In this document: positions 45,438 through 59,700 of the stretch, in pieces
How positions within the stretch are numbered: the stretch's first letter is position 1
Layout of the letters: each line of letters opens with the position of its first letter
Source: Trichoplax adhaerens
Taxonomy: Eukaryota > Animalia > Placozoa
Direction of reading: 5' to 3'
Length of the DNA: 64,000 nt
Assembly (NCBI RefSeq): GCF_000150275.1
Contig: NW_002060947.1
Location: 7,363,880 to 7,427,879, forward strand
Program-made: the position numbers and the translations under genes
Notes under the pieces: model-generated
Database searches by the model: none
Seen by the model: the letters and a program-made list of their open reading frames with translations, nothing else
What the model was told of the DNA's origin: nothing

Positions 45438-46479
45438 TAATCGTTAGAAAGCACTAAATTTATAATGTAGCTACCTGGACATTTTAGGCGCTGGTATTTA
45501 AGTTGGCTCTTATTCTGAGTGATGTATACTGTATAGTATTGATTGACTTATGCAACTTGTTTCCATGTATCTTCAAATAGGATGACTTAATCAGAAAATT
45601 TGATTGATTACATGAAAGGAAATAGGTAGAATAAAGCATAGCATAGTATGAAGTGGCTATAACGTCTTTATGTTAAAGTTAAATATAGAGTAACCTATCT
45701 TCAGAGATAGACGATTACGTCAGTGAAATCATTATATGTGGTAAATAGCAATGAAATAATGTAGAAAAATGATAAGAGTTGAAAGTTTGGTAAAAATTTT
45801 AAATTTTAAAATGAAATGAAAACCTATCATGCATCGTATTAATTTGCATAGGACAAGATTGAAATCCAAAGTTATATTTTTGCCTCTATCTATATCTTAG
45901 AGTAAATAATAACCAGTAGAAACTTATAATGTTCGTTAAAAATACTTGATGCTTTTAAACGTCTACTACAGCATAGGCTAGCAACTGGGTAAAGTTTGGC
46001 GATAATATTGGTAAATGCTCTCGTCCTAAGATAATTTAGCAACTTTATGCTATCATTAATCCTTACGCTATAATATGCACTCAAGATTTAACAGACTATA
46101 TCGTTAAAATTAGTACTATTTTACTTACAAAAATATATAATGGCTATCAATTTAATGGAAATAAATGTCTTCCATTTCGGTGATAGGGTACAGCAGAAGC
46201 AAATTTCGAGAAAGGAATATTTAAGTCCTAGCAAACAATAAAAGAAACTCAGAATGCCAGATTTTTACTACGATAACAGACTACAGTACAGAGGATAGGC
46301 CTGTATTAAGTATATACGATATATCATATGCTCTTTTGTTACTGTTCATTATACTACTAATGCAACAGAAGTAAAGCTTCTTATTACTGTAAATTTATCA
46401 CGCCAATTGAATGTGTAGAATATAGTTGCTATAGTGCTGTATGGAGCTTAGACTCAGTTTGATGCAGCAAAAAGTCTTC

Positions 46480-46523
46480 GTGGGCGGTTTTGGGTGCAAA
46501 CTAGTATCGGTTGCTATAGCAAC
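46480..46523. promoter_or_regulatory. GC box and perfect palindromic RFX X-box, probable CCDC66 promoter
   Basis: GTTGCTATAGCAAC at 46510-46523 and GGGCGG at 46482-46487 in an otherwise very AT-rich interval upstream of a ciliary gene. Confidence 0.7.
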
Positions 46524-47064
46524 CGAGTAGACGATTATAGAGATCTATAAGGAAATTAAATTGATAATGTACGTACTCGATCATTTCGTAGTAGCTCATA
46601 ATATTACCTGTTATGACTTGCTTTCTACGCAAGGAGCAACCTAATATTTCAAGTTTACCATTTCGTATCGGTACCAAGCCAACCATAGCCTAAATGCTAA
46701 GATATCATGCAAAAGTGCATGAAGGAATTTCGCGGTATGTTTTATATAAAGCTATAGAATCGCATAAGTTGCTAAGATATGATGTTAAAATTGCTTTATA
46801 GATACAAAATGACAGAGCGAAAAGTCAATTAGATTTGAGACTTGCTTCTTACTATTAATAGGCAATGCCAGAGAATTGCAGTTGTATATAATTCGAGGGT
46901 AGATTAATGAGGCAGGAGAAACTTTCACATATTTGTATTATCGTTTAGAATAAACAAAGTTAAATAAGATCTATAGCATATTCTATAAAGCTACAAATAT
47001 GGTTTGATGTCCTGAAAATTTTGATATAAATTGATTTCAATTAGAGTGAGTATGAAGCACTCGC

Positions 47065-47345
47065 TAAATAAAAATTTTAATAAAACTTTAAGTTTTTAAA
47101 GTTTATTCTTAGCCATGTATTCAATAGATATTAAAGATGTTACAGTATTTAAAAAATGGCATTAATTTGTTCGACCACACAAATTGATTTTAATTTGAGG
47201 AAGTATAGAGCTCTAGCTTAATAAAAATTTTAATAAACTTCAAATTTTCAAAATTCATGCTTAGCCATGCGTTCCAATACATATGCAAGACTAGTGCTAC
47301 ATTTTAAGGTAGCTAAGTATTAATTTATTCGACTGTACAAATTTC
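47065..47345. repeat. Diverged ~150-bp tandem duplication
   Basis: AATAAAAATTTTAATAAA...CTTAGCCATG...ATTAATTT.TTCGAC...ACAAATT occurs twice. Confidence 0.7.
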
Positions 47346-47799
47346 AATACCCAAAGCCAGATATGAGTCATAGTGAAATTTTATGAAAGATTTTAAAACA
47401 GATCTTGAATGATTAATCCAACGTATTTTTATAGTACAACCAAAATAAGATATATGTGTATACTATACATAGAATTGAATAGTTTTAAAATCTTAATAAA
47501 TAATGACTTAAGAACATCATACGAAATTACGTCACGAGTATTTAGCAATTATTTTAGTGCATTAAAATGGATTTGATCATCTCATGTGAATTTAAGCTAA
47601 ACGCATAAGTAGCGTGTAAATGTTAATTAAATAGCTACAGAATTCAGCTAATGTTCGAAATAGAAGAGAATAAATAGCTATTTAAAATTTCGATTTAATC
47701 ATAGTGAACATTTAATATTAGCTTTAAAATGTTAAAAACAAAGAATATTAAATTTGTTTCAGTATTAGTTTGAAAAGACTGATAAAATATTTTCTAAGA

Positions 47800-50700
47800 A
47801 ATTTGTTAACAGTAGAGCGTCGTTTAAAATCCACGACTTGGGAGGTAATGTAGATTTACAGTGGCTAGAAGTTCCATTGGGGCAATTCTGGTAAAATTAC
47901 TGCCACAGGAAACTAAGTAAAATATAATACAATTACAGAAACTACCAAAAATTATATTAATAGCAATAAATATTAAATTCTTTGATCATTTTATCAAAAG
48001 CTGTATCTTGATAGTAAATATTAGCTTGCTGCCTAGCATTTTATTTTCAAAAGCAACTTACAATGCTTCGTTTTCAGTATTTGCTTTACCAGATTGCTGA
48101 TTATTTTTCATAATGGGATCAACGACCATAACTTTCTCAACCGTGCTATACAATATTATAAATGAATAGATGATTACGTAAATAATTAAATAAATCTAGT
48201 ATTGGTATAGCCCTAATGATAATAGTTTCGTAATATCAAATTGAAACATAACATTGAAAAGCTTACGTAATTTCCTTCTTAGAACTTTTTCGAGAAATAG
48301 TGCTTCGAGTATCTACATTTGATCCATTGGTCAACCTAAGTATATTATGAAGTATATAGATATTATGCAGTTATTTTGCTAAACTAAAATAGGAAGAAAT
48401 CGTAAAGACTTACGATAACGAATCTTCCTCTTCATCATCGTCGCTATCATCTCCATAATGACTCAAGCTAACTTCCATGATAAACGAACCTCTTGTTATG
48501 TCATTATCATAATCATTTTCTTCACTATCAGGTTCCGTTTCCTGCGGTTCTTTCTTACTAATATACAGAATGGATAGTTAACGAGTAATGCAAAGGAACC
48601 ATTAAACTTTAAATCAAATGATAAGTCATAGTGATCGTATTTGAAGCACATCGAAAGGTTGCTAAACGCCAAATTTTCACTATGTTAGAACATACACGTC
48701 GCTATCCGCTCTTGGAATTTGGAAAGAATTTACAAATGATGTCATCTGGTGACCTCTCATCATGTCTCTATTTCAGTAAACAGATTGAACTTCTTATTTT
48801 AATAGCCGTAAATCGATTATAATTTAAAACGCATTATTACGAATAGCACTTACAATGTCGTTCGTTTTGTTTCCCCATCATTCTAGATATAAATAGAAAA
48901 TAGTTTGTGATACGATTATCAATACTGTCTTACTGAATCTTGGATTGCGAAGAAGCAGCATTCATTTTAAAATAATTCGTTAACCTATTGAAGTCGTTTA
49001 TTTATCAGAATAAATAAACTTACGATATAATCCCCAAAAAGATAGAAAACAGGTGTAATGATGCCCTAAAAACAAGATGTAATAGTATATACGTTTGTCA
49101 TTGTCGATAATTCTATATCAAGTACTTTGCTTCTGGCCTCATTATTCGATATTGTCGCATAAAAAATAATGAAGAACTTAGGTATCACTACTAATCATTC
49201 AAATGATAATTTAGTCGATAAATCTACGTCTACAAATCATATCTATAGTAGTAATATTGCAAACATAGAAGATATTAATATTAGAGCTAATCAATTAAGA
49301 GATTATCTTGAAGCGCTGTTTCAGCGAAAGCAAACTAATGAATTTGATACTGATGACAATTTCAATGCAGTTATTCATACTTATACTTATTATAAGAGGA
49401 TGCTTACCTGTACTGCAATTAACACGTTAACTAGAATTTCTAAATTAGTATATTTATAGGTGAAGTAGATTGCAGCAACAATTTGATCACTGGCAACGAT
49501 TAATGACCATAGGGATAGGAATACTAATTTAAGCCTAACAAATACAGATTTAAAATGATTAACGCATGTCATTAAGCAGAAGGAATTTTCTTAACGACGT
49601 TCTAAATGTTACTAACCAGAAGCGATTAGTAGTTGAAACAATCTTGTTATACCGAACCATCTCACAAATTAAAACGATTATAGTAACCTAAGTAAAGCAG
49701 CATTAAAGATTAATTAAATATTATATGGTAAATTCTGCGTTAAACCTTTGCTCTTATATAAATATCAAATCTATAATATCAGGTACAGTAGCTTCTATTG
49801 CCATTACCAAAACCATCAGCCCAGCTGGGCCGATAAAAGCCATAACCATAGAGTTAATAGAGCTTAACCAACATCTTAGAAAGATTTGCATCATATTAAT
49901 TGCATATATACATCTCATTGTACTATGGACTTTTATAGAACTATTGCCGAATTTCAGTATAGGTACTGAATTAAACTCTCTTACATTGAAGAAGAAATGT
50001 AGCTTTGCTTCCATACACCAGCTGCAACTCCAGGAGGTATCATAGGAATAACTGGAAAAGCAAAATGGAATGTTTAAATTGATTTCATAATGAATAAATT
50101 ATAATTAGTATACCTAATACTCACTTAGTGCTAACGGTAAAGACCATTTCAAGCTAATGGAATAAGTATTTAAGGATAGAGATAAATACAGATGGGATAT
50201 AATCGGGATAAGAAAAAATATGACCAAGGACGTGTAATGAGTTGCTATAGTAATAATGAGGCAAATTACCTAAATGAAAATAAGATAATTGTAAATGCAT
50301 TAATGGTCGAAACTTAGCAAATTTGATAGAATTTATTATCTAGTTACAACCGTTAAATTATTTTGACGGTAATATCTTAGTAATCACATTAATGTATTAG
50401 TAGCATAAAGTATAAATTGACGATCGTTTCATCTGCCAAATTAGCGAGAACACCTAAATTAGCCATGTTATCAAAAATTTTATAGCTAGAAATCTACATT
50501 GTATTCCATTCATGGTGAATTAACTAACTCTATCTGCTGAAGCCAACTGAGGCTGTAAAGCTCCGAAAAATATTAAGCCTAATGACAGCAAGAAGAATAT
50601 TGACAAGCACAAAACCACTCCATCGTACTTTCTTCGACGTTTACTAAAGGAGGAAAATAATCGATGAAAATTAAGATAACGGCTATTTGCATCATATAAG

Positions 50701-53700
50701 TTTGTTACTTTATAGTAATGTAAGTAGTATTATTTAACTAGCAATTAGACATTAGGGAGATAATGAGTATCAGATACTTACATGATGCCAATAATACTAA
50801 GTACTAAAGTAAGAAGACTGCCAGCTGCTCCTAAGCCGAAGCAGATCAAGGTCGCACTAGAAACGTAACCTTGAACTTCTATTTCTTTCTGAAATCAAAA
50901 GATTAATGAGTAGAAGATGTAGTAAGATGAACAAAACAATGTTTCTTTTCTCCGATATTTTGAGTTTAAAATTAGTAAAAGTCGCTGGATTAATACTGAT
51001 ATTAATGAACTTATATGCACTGGATAGCAAAGAATCATGATAATCAAATTTTAAAGTAAGGATTGGAAAGGAATAGGTATTGAATTTAATTCTTGATATG
51101 GGTTTAATAAATAATTACGGACCTCAATTGAAGTGGTTAGTAAGCTAAAAACTGTTAAGTGGGTGCATTGGCAGTCGGTATGAGTTGAATTTGTCGACTT
51201 GATGCGGCAACCATTGTCAGACCAGGATTTGCTGCAATATTGAAGAAGTTGTTAGTCGAACGATAAGTTAAACCATGTACCTATACGTTGTAATTGAACA
51301 GTATATCTACTAGGATTTAGTTCTTCTACCTGGTATAGTTCCAGAAGCAACAAACTGGCTGGACGATTTTAAGATCAATAGGCTGAAAATAGATATTTAG
51401 AGTGTTGAATGGATAGCTGGATACTAAAATGGGGAAAGTTTCGTACTACTATATATATATACAACTTACACCGCTATGCTGGAAATGCAATATAACGGGT
51501 GGATCAAGGATGAAGCTCATTTCCGGAATAAAAGAAGCGGATAAAACATCTGACTTCATGACCGTCATTTTGCCTTTCTTAACTTGACTGTAGATAGCAA
51601 GAAATTTTAATGAGCTCGACGAAAATGAATTTAGATAGCAAGCAGGACTGTATCAATTTAAAAATCAGAGAGGATATGTAAACGATGGACGCAGCATCTG
51701 CAGAATCTTAGGAAAGAATATTAGTTTAATTATTTAAATTTGATTTATTAGATATGATATAGTCAGTCAATTTATTTAAATAACACAGCTAAAAATACTA
51801 ATATTTAAAATTGAAGGAGTAAATAAACGAAGGACACAAACATGTAGAATATGAGGAAAGAATACCAGTTTATGTATGATTGAATCGTGGATATCTATTT
51901 TAATTAATTTGATTTATTGGATTTAATATAGTTAGTCAATGTAGTTAAGTAACGGTAGTAGCCATGCTAATATTTAAAATTAGAGATAGAAAGTAGATGA
52001 TCAATATCTATGGAAACCAGAAAAAACAACACTTACGCCTAAGGATTACGATTGTCAAATTGAGTTTGTTTTATTTAATGCACGGCAGCGACTATAATTT
52101 GTGAACTCGAATTGTTATTATAGAATCTGAACGCAATAAAAACTGTATAGCAATCATAAAATTACGTTAACCTTGTTATATGCAATAGTAAAGAAAAAGA
52201 ATAGTAAAAGTGTTCTTAATATACTATATTAATCAACAAGCTTTAATCACCAACTGTTATAAAGCATACATAACAGTTATAAAAGGGAATTATATAAAGC
52301 ATTCAGAAAGACGATCTCTCTTCACCTAATTACTAGCTATTGTATTGTAGGAATCCTTCTTATAATAACTCAAAAAAAACTTTTAAGTTTGTTATTAGAA
52401 CACATCCGCTAATCAACTTGAATTTTGCGAACCTGAAATATATTTGATCCTGCCCGAAGGTCCAGAGAGATTGAAGTTTCGAGAATTTGATGCCAATAAA
52501 GCTCTCTAAATCGCCTATAAATAAGAGTTTACGGCGATCATTATTGCTCTCGATTGATTCATTTATTGTCTAGATCGCTATTCCAATTACAGATGTAGCA
52601 ATCGTTCTAGTAATCACTTAATTGATGTTATCGCAAGCTGGAGAAATACGCTCAATCTTGGCATTTAGATATAAATAATACCTGAATCTCCAGTAAAGAG
52701 AGATGAAGGTAAAATGATTCTAGAAGTAGAGTCTAATTGTTGATTTGCAGGAAAAATGAAATCCTGAGATTGATCTCTAGCAATTCTCTGCACTTTCAAA
52801 TCTGCAACAGAAGTGATAATAATTTAGTTAATCTAATTGTGCTAAAAATTTACACCTACAATAAATGGCATGTAAAATATCAAATTCCAAATCTTACAAA
52901 TATTTTCTTGTGTGATTTGTGCTATTTGCGTGGGGACAAGGGTCTGACTATATCTTTCAGCTACAGAATTTAAGTTTTGTATAATTTCTGGAATTTGAGC
53001 ATCAGGAATCTGCCAAAGTCGTCGGTTATTGCAATAAATAGCAAGATGTTAACAATTCATCATGTATTTGCAAATTTAAGTAGATTATAATTAAGTATGT
53101 CCAGCAAAATGGCAAAGATTATATCTAATTGCTATCTAAAGTCCAGTTTTCTTAGGATTCTTGAAAGATTGTTATTATAATCTCGAATTGAAGAATTCTA
53201 ATGCAAACCTGTCGCTCTTGAAGATAATTCCACGAATCCTTGTTTTGTTGTCGTAAAATATTACTCGCTATCGTTGTATAGTTCTGTCATATTCATTATA
53301 GACATAAAATATTGCCGATTTAAGATTTAACCTGTTTATTTTGTTGTCTACAGAGAGATATTCTTCTACTGATTTATCTTACCCGCAATACAGTTTCCGT
53401 TAGTAACGATGGTGTTATTAACTTTGAGCCAAGTATTTTCATGATGATCGAAGACTCAATCAAGTTTCCTTGAATATTTATATTTGACATCGAAGTCAAC
53501 TCAACTGTTGTGCCAATGTCATTAAATAGAACTAAATCATCGCGACCAGGTAAAATATCCTGGATTTATTAAAATGAATCATAAAAACAATAATCAGCTT
53601 CTCTATTGCTGTATATGTATGACTAACTTTTATAGCGTAGTTTCTCAATTTTATAGGATTATTGACTTTTTAACTATAAAATAGAGAACTGCAGTAGCAG

Positions 53701-56700
53701 CACTGATCAATTTTACCTTTAGAGACTGATGTAGAACCAGTAAGGAACTACTTTTACAATTGGTTAGATCGGGTTGTTGCCATGATGGCAGATTACTGCT
53801 ATTCCCAGGCAAGCAATATCTTGATGCATTACCTATGCAGATGAAGCCAGTAATAAAATAAGGATTCATAACAGTAAGAAATTGAACAGTAATGGCTTTA
53901 ATTGCTCCATAATTTAGAGCTTTTGTCGTTATTTAAAGTGAGCTATCACCTTTTAGTATTATATTAATTTCAAAACTATCTTTAAAACCAAAGTTTTAGG
54001 TAAATTTTATGATTACCTAGCATATTATCAGGGCAATCTCTAAAGTTATAACTGTTGGCAGGTGTTAATAACCAGTTAATTTGATCTTGTCTTTCTGCTG
54101 GACAAATACTGTTGACATCTGCATTAATCAAAATCATTATACAAGAGATGTATAAGTCGTAGCAAACTTTACTAGTAAGCAAACTATGTTGAAATGATTA
54201 CCTGAAGGAAGAACTGTAACATCTGCTTCAACGCTAGAACTACCTAATATATTAGCAACAAGGCATCGAATTCGAAGCGGCGAAGTAGAAGCTAATAAGC
54301 CACTCATTGTTAGCTTAGAAAGAGTGCCTTGTGTTTCGATCGTTGTTTGTAAATCTACAAGAATAATATCTATAGTAAATACGAAATATCAGAGAAGATA
54401 GTGTATACGTGTTTTACCCGGCACGATATTGTTTCCGTTTCTAAGCCAAGTGAAATTAACTGGCGTAGCAATGAAACCCTGCCCTGTATTCAGTGATGGA
54501 ATCGAACATTGCATCTGAGCATTATTATTTTCGTAGATTGCAATAGAAAATAATTGAGGCAAGGGAGCAATTTGGACAGCTATCAATCACGAAATAAATA
54601 AAAAGATTCGTATGAGCTTGCTTGTAATTGGAGTTAGATGTAAGATAAGTATAAAGTAGTAAAATGCAAGGCTGTATGATTAATATCAACAATCATAACT
54701 CATGCAAACGTATAAATAGTAGCAAAATTATTAAATTGTAGAATTAAACGGGTTGCTCGAACGTATAAGACATCTATATCTTGTGAATTGATTAATTCTC
54801 TGTAAATGTTTGTTATTAATAAAGCGGCAACGGTGATTTTGGGATTGCAAATCATGCAAAATAGAAGAAATGATAATTAAGGCTAACGCCTGGATATGAA
54901 TTAAGTACAATTTACGCTCATGCATAGTTATAGATTACTAAAATGTGCATGCACAAAATGATAACTGCTATAGCTTTCATAGATAGAAAAGATCTGAAGT
55001 AATTACTAGGGCAAATATTATAATGCGATCAAAGGATTACATGATAAGAATAAAATCTACGTGAGAAATTTTGTAGTTATGTTTATACTCTAAAATATTG
55101 TGGAACATCATTGAATCATATTTACGGCCGCTATTGATTTGTTCAAATCTAAGTGAACAGTAAGCACAGCAGCAGTATTTTTACCCCTCTTTATAAATGA
55201 GGACAATCAATTTCTTATAGTATTAAAGCTTATAAGGAGTTAAAAATTAGCTTAAATCCATACCTTGTTGGCAGGAACTACCTTGCCATCCAGGTCTACA
55301 CAAACAGTTAGTGCTAGATGTAGTTCCATTACAATAACCATGAACGCAAGGGTTATTAAAGCATGGGGTGATAACTGAGGTAGAAAATTAATTAATCATA
55401 TATTAATCATGGGTGGCAGTAGAAATTACAGTTATTATTTTATATAGCTCCAGTAAAACTTCAATTCCACATTAACCTGCTATGAAATATAAATTTTACT
55501 GTTGGATGGAACTGACTAGGTGTATGATGAAACTAACTATCGTTGTATTAATATTAATTAAATAATTTAGATACTCAACTTGAATTTTAAACAGGAGAAT
55601 TATCATAATTTGTTAGGCTAATTTCTTGATTAAAAAATTCATTAGATAGCTATCTACCTACATGTTTCACATTTAATACCAGTATAAAACTGACTGCAAT
55701 TGCAGAAATATTCATTAATGGTATTCGTACAAGTGCCATTATTTAAACAAGGATTAGATGAACATTCATCAATTTCTAGACGGAATAGAACAGGGACACG
55801 ATTATTAAAAGTTTTACATCTCCTGAAAAGATAATTTCTCACGAGTAAGCTAAAATAGAAGCACTTGATAATAGTACTATACCAGTTTCACAATATGCAC
55901 CAGTCCATCCAGCTTTACAAGAGCAAGTAAAAGCATTTATTAAGTTGTTACAGCCCCCATAGACACATGGACTGGATAAGCATTCATTGATATCTATATC
56001 GAATTAGTAACAGTAACGATTTAAACTCTCAATTTATAAATTTATATGAAGCGGTACTTAACTAGATATTTGTTGCCATTAAAAGGGATTAAGATAATTA
56101 ATTTAAATGTTTAGATCATGGTGTAATAGTAATTCTATTGCACTTGATTAGATGTAAGCCAAATTGTCATATTCAAATTAGACTTCATCTTACCTGTATT
56201 ACAAAATTTTCCTGTCCAACCTTGGCTGCAATTACATGTAAAACCGTTAATTTTGTCTGTGCATAGACCTTGTAAACATGGGCTCGAACTACATTCATTT
56301 ATGTCTGTTCAAAATCATAATTCAAAATTGTTAAAATGCTATTGATTATGAAAATCCTGGTCAGAAGGAGGGCTTATCTTAAAGTAGCTGTAATAAACTC
56401 TCAAACCTGTTTCACATTGAACACCAGTATATCCAGGCAAACAATTGCATTGATATTTATTTAATAAATCAAAGCAAGTTCCATTATAGCTACAAGGACT
56501 AGATATACATTCATCTGTGTCTATTAATTAAAGTGAATAAAATTAGTTATAATTCCATTCTTTTTCTAGAGGCTACATAGAATAAAAAAATTATCATCAA
56601 AAACTTGGCATTCCAATTTGACATTTAGGTTAATTACAAACAGACTATAAGAATTTAATTCGTCCAAGAATGAGTTTTTTCATACGAATAGCAAGAAACT

Positions 56701-59700
56701 GTAAAAATAGTATCGTACTTACTTATCGCACAAGTTGTACCTTCCCAGCCTGGATTACAGGAGCAATTAAAATAATTTATGAAATCGCGGCAATTTCCAT
56801 TTAAGCAGGGGGTTGAACTACATTCGTTGATATCTGCATCGGAAATAGAATAAATTATCCTATCTATCATAAGGAAATGTTAGTTTATGGTAGTATTAAT
56901 CGAGGAAACTGACCAGTCTGGCAAGTCTTGCCAGTAAACCCAGGCAAGCATTGGCAAATAAATCCATCCAGTAAGTTAACACACTGACCGTTAAGGCAGG
57001 GGCTGGAGTTGCATTCATTAATTTCTAGAATAGCGTAGATTATTAGTAAAATTACTGTAATATAGAGGTACATCGGGTTTTGGCCGCAACATAGATAAAC
57101 CTTTACTTCTTTCTAAGCGCTCTGACACGAAATATTAACGCCTAATAGTGTAACCATTAAGCACATCCTGTATGGCCTAAGTAACTATTGATCACATTAT
57201 AGTATTCTATACGTAATAGCTATATCGAATCCAAACTGTTATTTGTAGTAGTAGGTTTGATAATGCTATAAATAAGCTGAATTTACTCATTGGAATTTGT
57301 TAATTTTCTTTTACAGCTACGTAATACTTCTATTACTTCTGAGTGCTCGAAAGCTAAAATATTAATAAAATAACAAACCGCAAATATATCGAAATCTTAT
57401 TGCATTTTCCTACAATTTGTTTACACTCGTACTATAAACTCGTTTATTTTCTCATTAAATAAATCATAAGCATCTCTATTATGCGAAAAACCATTTGATA
57501 TCCAAGCTCTTGCTAGAACTACATATCCTATTATTTATGTTACCGATTCCGAAGTAATAGATAATACCTTGATCGCAAATGAATCCTTCCCAACCTGGCT
57601 GGCATGAGCAATTATAGCTATGGACTAAATTATTACACTGGCCATTTTTACATGGATTGGAAAGGCATTCATCCACATCTAAGATGCATCGAAGTAGGCA
57701 ATTTGAAAGGATGTAAATGACATGAATTTAAGGAACTGTATTCAAAGAGTTATTTTAATAAATTGACTTCACTGATTTCCCATAAAATGAATAAGATCAA
57801 ATTTGTTGGTTTGCAAGTTGCAAACACTTATGCTTTAGTTATTACTTGTTTTAACTAACCTTCATTGCATATTGTGCCTTTAAAGCCATCGAAACATTTA
57901 CAACTAAATTGATTAATTTCATCTGTGCAATTTCCATTAATGCACGGATTAGATAGACACTCATCAATGCCTTAAGTAGAAGTAAGAAATTATTTGTCAT
58001 TCTTACTAATTAAGATAAATAGAATATTCTACTTGACGTAAATTTTACGTAGTCAATCTTGAATTACCAGAAGTACAAATGGCCCCAGTCCAACCTGAGA
58101 AACATTGACATGAGTAACTATCCACTAAATTACTACAATTTCCATGGATACAAGGGTTAGAAGTGCATTCATTGACATCTAAGAGAAAGAGACCGCAGCA
58201 ATATAAGCAATAATATAATCTCCCTGAGCTAATAATAAATTTCTTTACCTGTATTACAAACTAAGCCAGTATAACCAGAATTACATTGGCAGCTAAATTT
58301 ATTTATGCCATCAGTACAATTTCCGTGAATACATGGACTTGATAGACATTCGTCAACATCTTTGTAATAAGAGTAAAAGTATTTATTTTATCATTTAATA
58401 ACTAGAGATGCTTATACTACATATTCAACTTAATTATCGAATCCAATGGATAGTTACTGGTATAGCATTATCAAAGAAATGCTATATCTCTGTCAGTATG
58501 AAAATAATTAAGAAGACTTACTGATGGTGCAAATACTGCCTGTCCAACCAGATCGACATGTGCAATTATATTCGTTTAAAAAGTTATTGCAATAGCCATT
58601 AATGCAAGGATTTGAGCTGCATTCATCAATATCTATATGGAGCAAGCAGTGAGAAAAACAGGGGATAATATAAAAAAGACAATAAAATGGCAAGATACAC
58701 CAGTTAAAATAATATAATATTTTAATTTTACTTCATTTTTAAATCAAAATTTGTACCATCATTGCATATATTTCCTGTAAAGCCAGCATCGCATTGGCAG
58801 GTATAACCATTCACTTGATCGATGCAATTTCCATGAATGCAAGGATTAGACTGGCATTCATCGATATCTTGGAGGAAATTTAAACAAAAGATCAATTATA
58901 GGTAGACATAACGATATTAATATTTTCTTAGCTAGACTGATTGAAACAATTACCTATTTCACATCGTGTTCCAGTCCATCCAGTAGAACATGTGCAATTA
59001 TATTGCTTTAATAAATTATTGCATTGACCATTTAGACAAGGGCTGGAAGTGCACTCGTCAAAATCTGCAAAATAACAAGATATATACCCATAGGATATCG
59101 AAATAGAAAGTGAATTGCATTCAAGAAAATACTTCGCAGTAAAGCCGAATTTTTAAATGTGATCAAGGTTAAATCATACTAACCGTCATTACAAGTTTTT
59201 CCGGTATACCCGATAAAGCAATTGCATTCGAAACTATTAATGCCTTGGGAACAATTTCCATAAATACATGGGTTGGATAAACATTCATCAATGTCTGCAA
59301 AATTGAATGTCATTACAATTGGATTCAAAGATCGAGTGTATCATATCCTATATTAAGCTGGCGCCTACTAGTAGAAACTAAAATAAAGCAAAAAATGCCA
59401 CACCTAGGGTGCAATGTGTTCCATTATATCCTGGGCTACAAATACATGTATAGCTATTAATATTATCCTGACAGACGCTGTTATTTCCACATGGTGAAGA
59501 TAAGCAATCGTCAATATCTAATGATAGAGACAAAATTTTGATAATCTTTAATAACCATTTAGTCATCTTTATTAGATAATAGATTACGATGTAGTCATAT
59601 TATAATATACTTGTCTGACAGTTCTTTCCAGTAAATCCAGGAGAACAAGTACAATTATAATTGTTCAGGTAATCATTGCAATCACCATTCTGGCAGGGAT

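Noticed and set aside
46501-46686. Short - strand ORF as a possible CCDC66 first coding exon
   Set aside because: It starts upstream of and overlaps the X-box/GC-box promoter candidate, and no convincing similarity was seen
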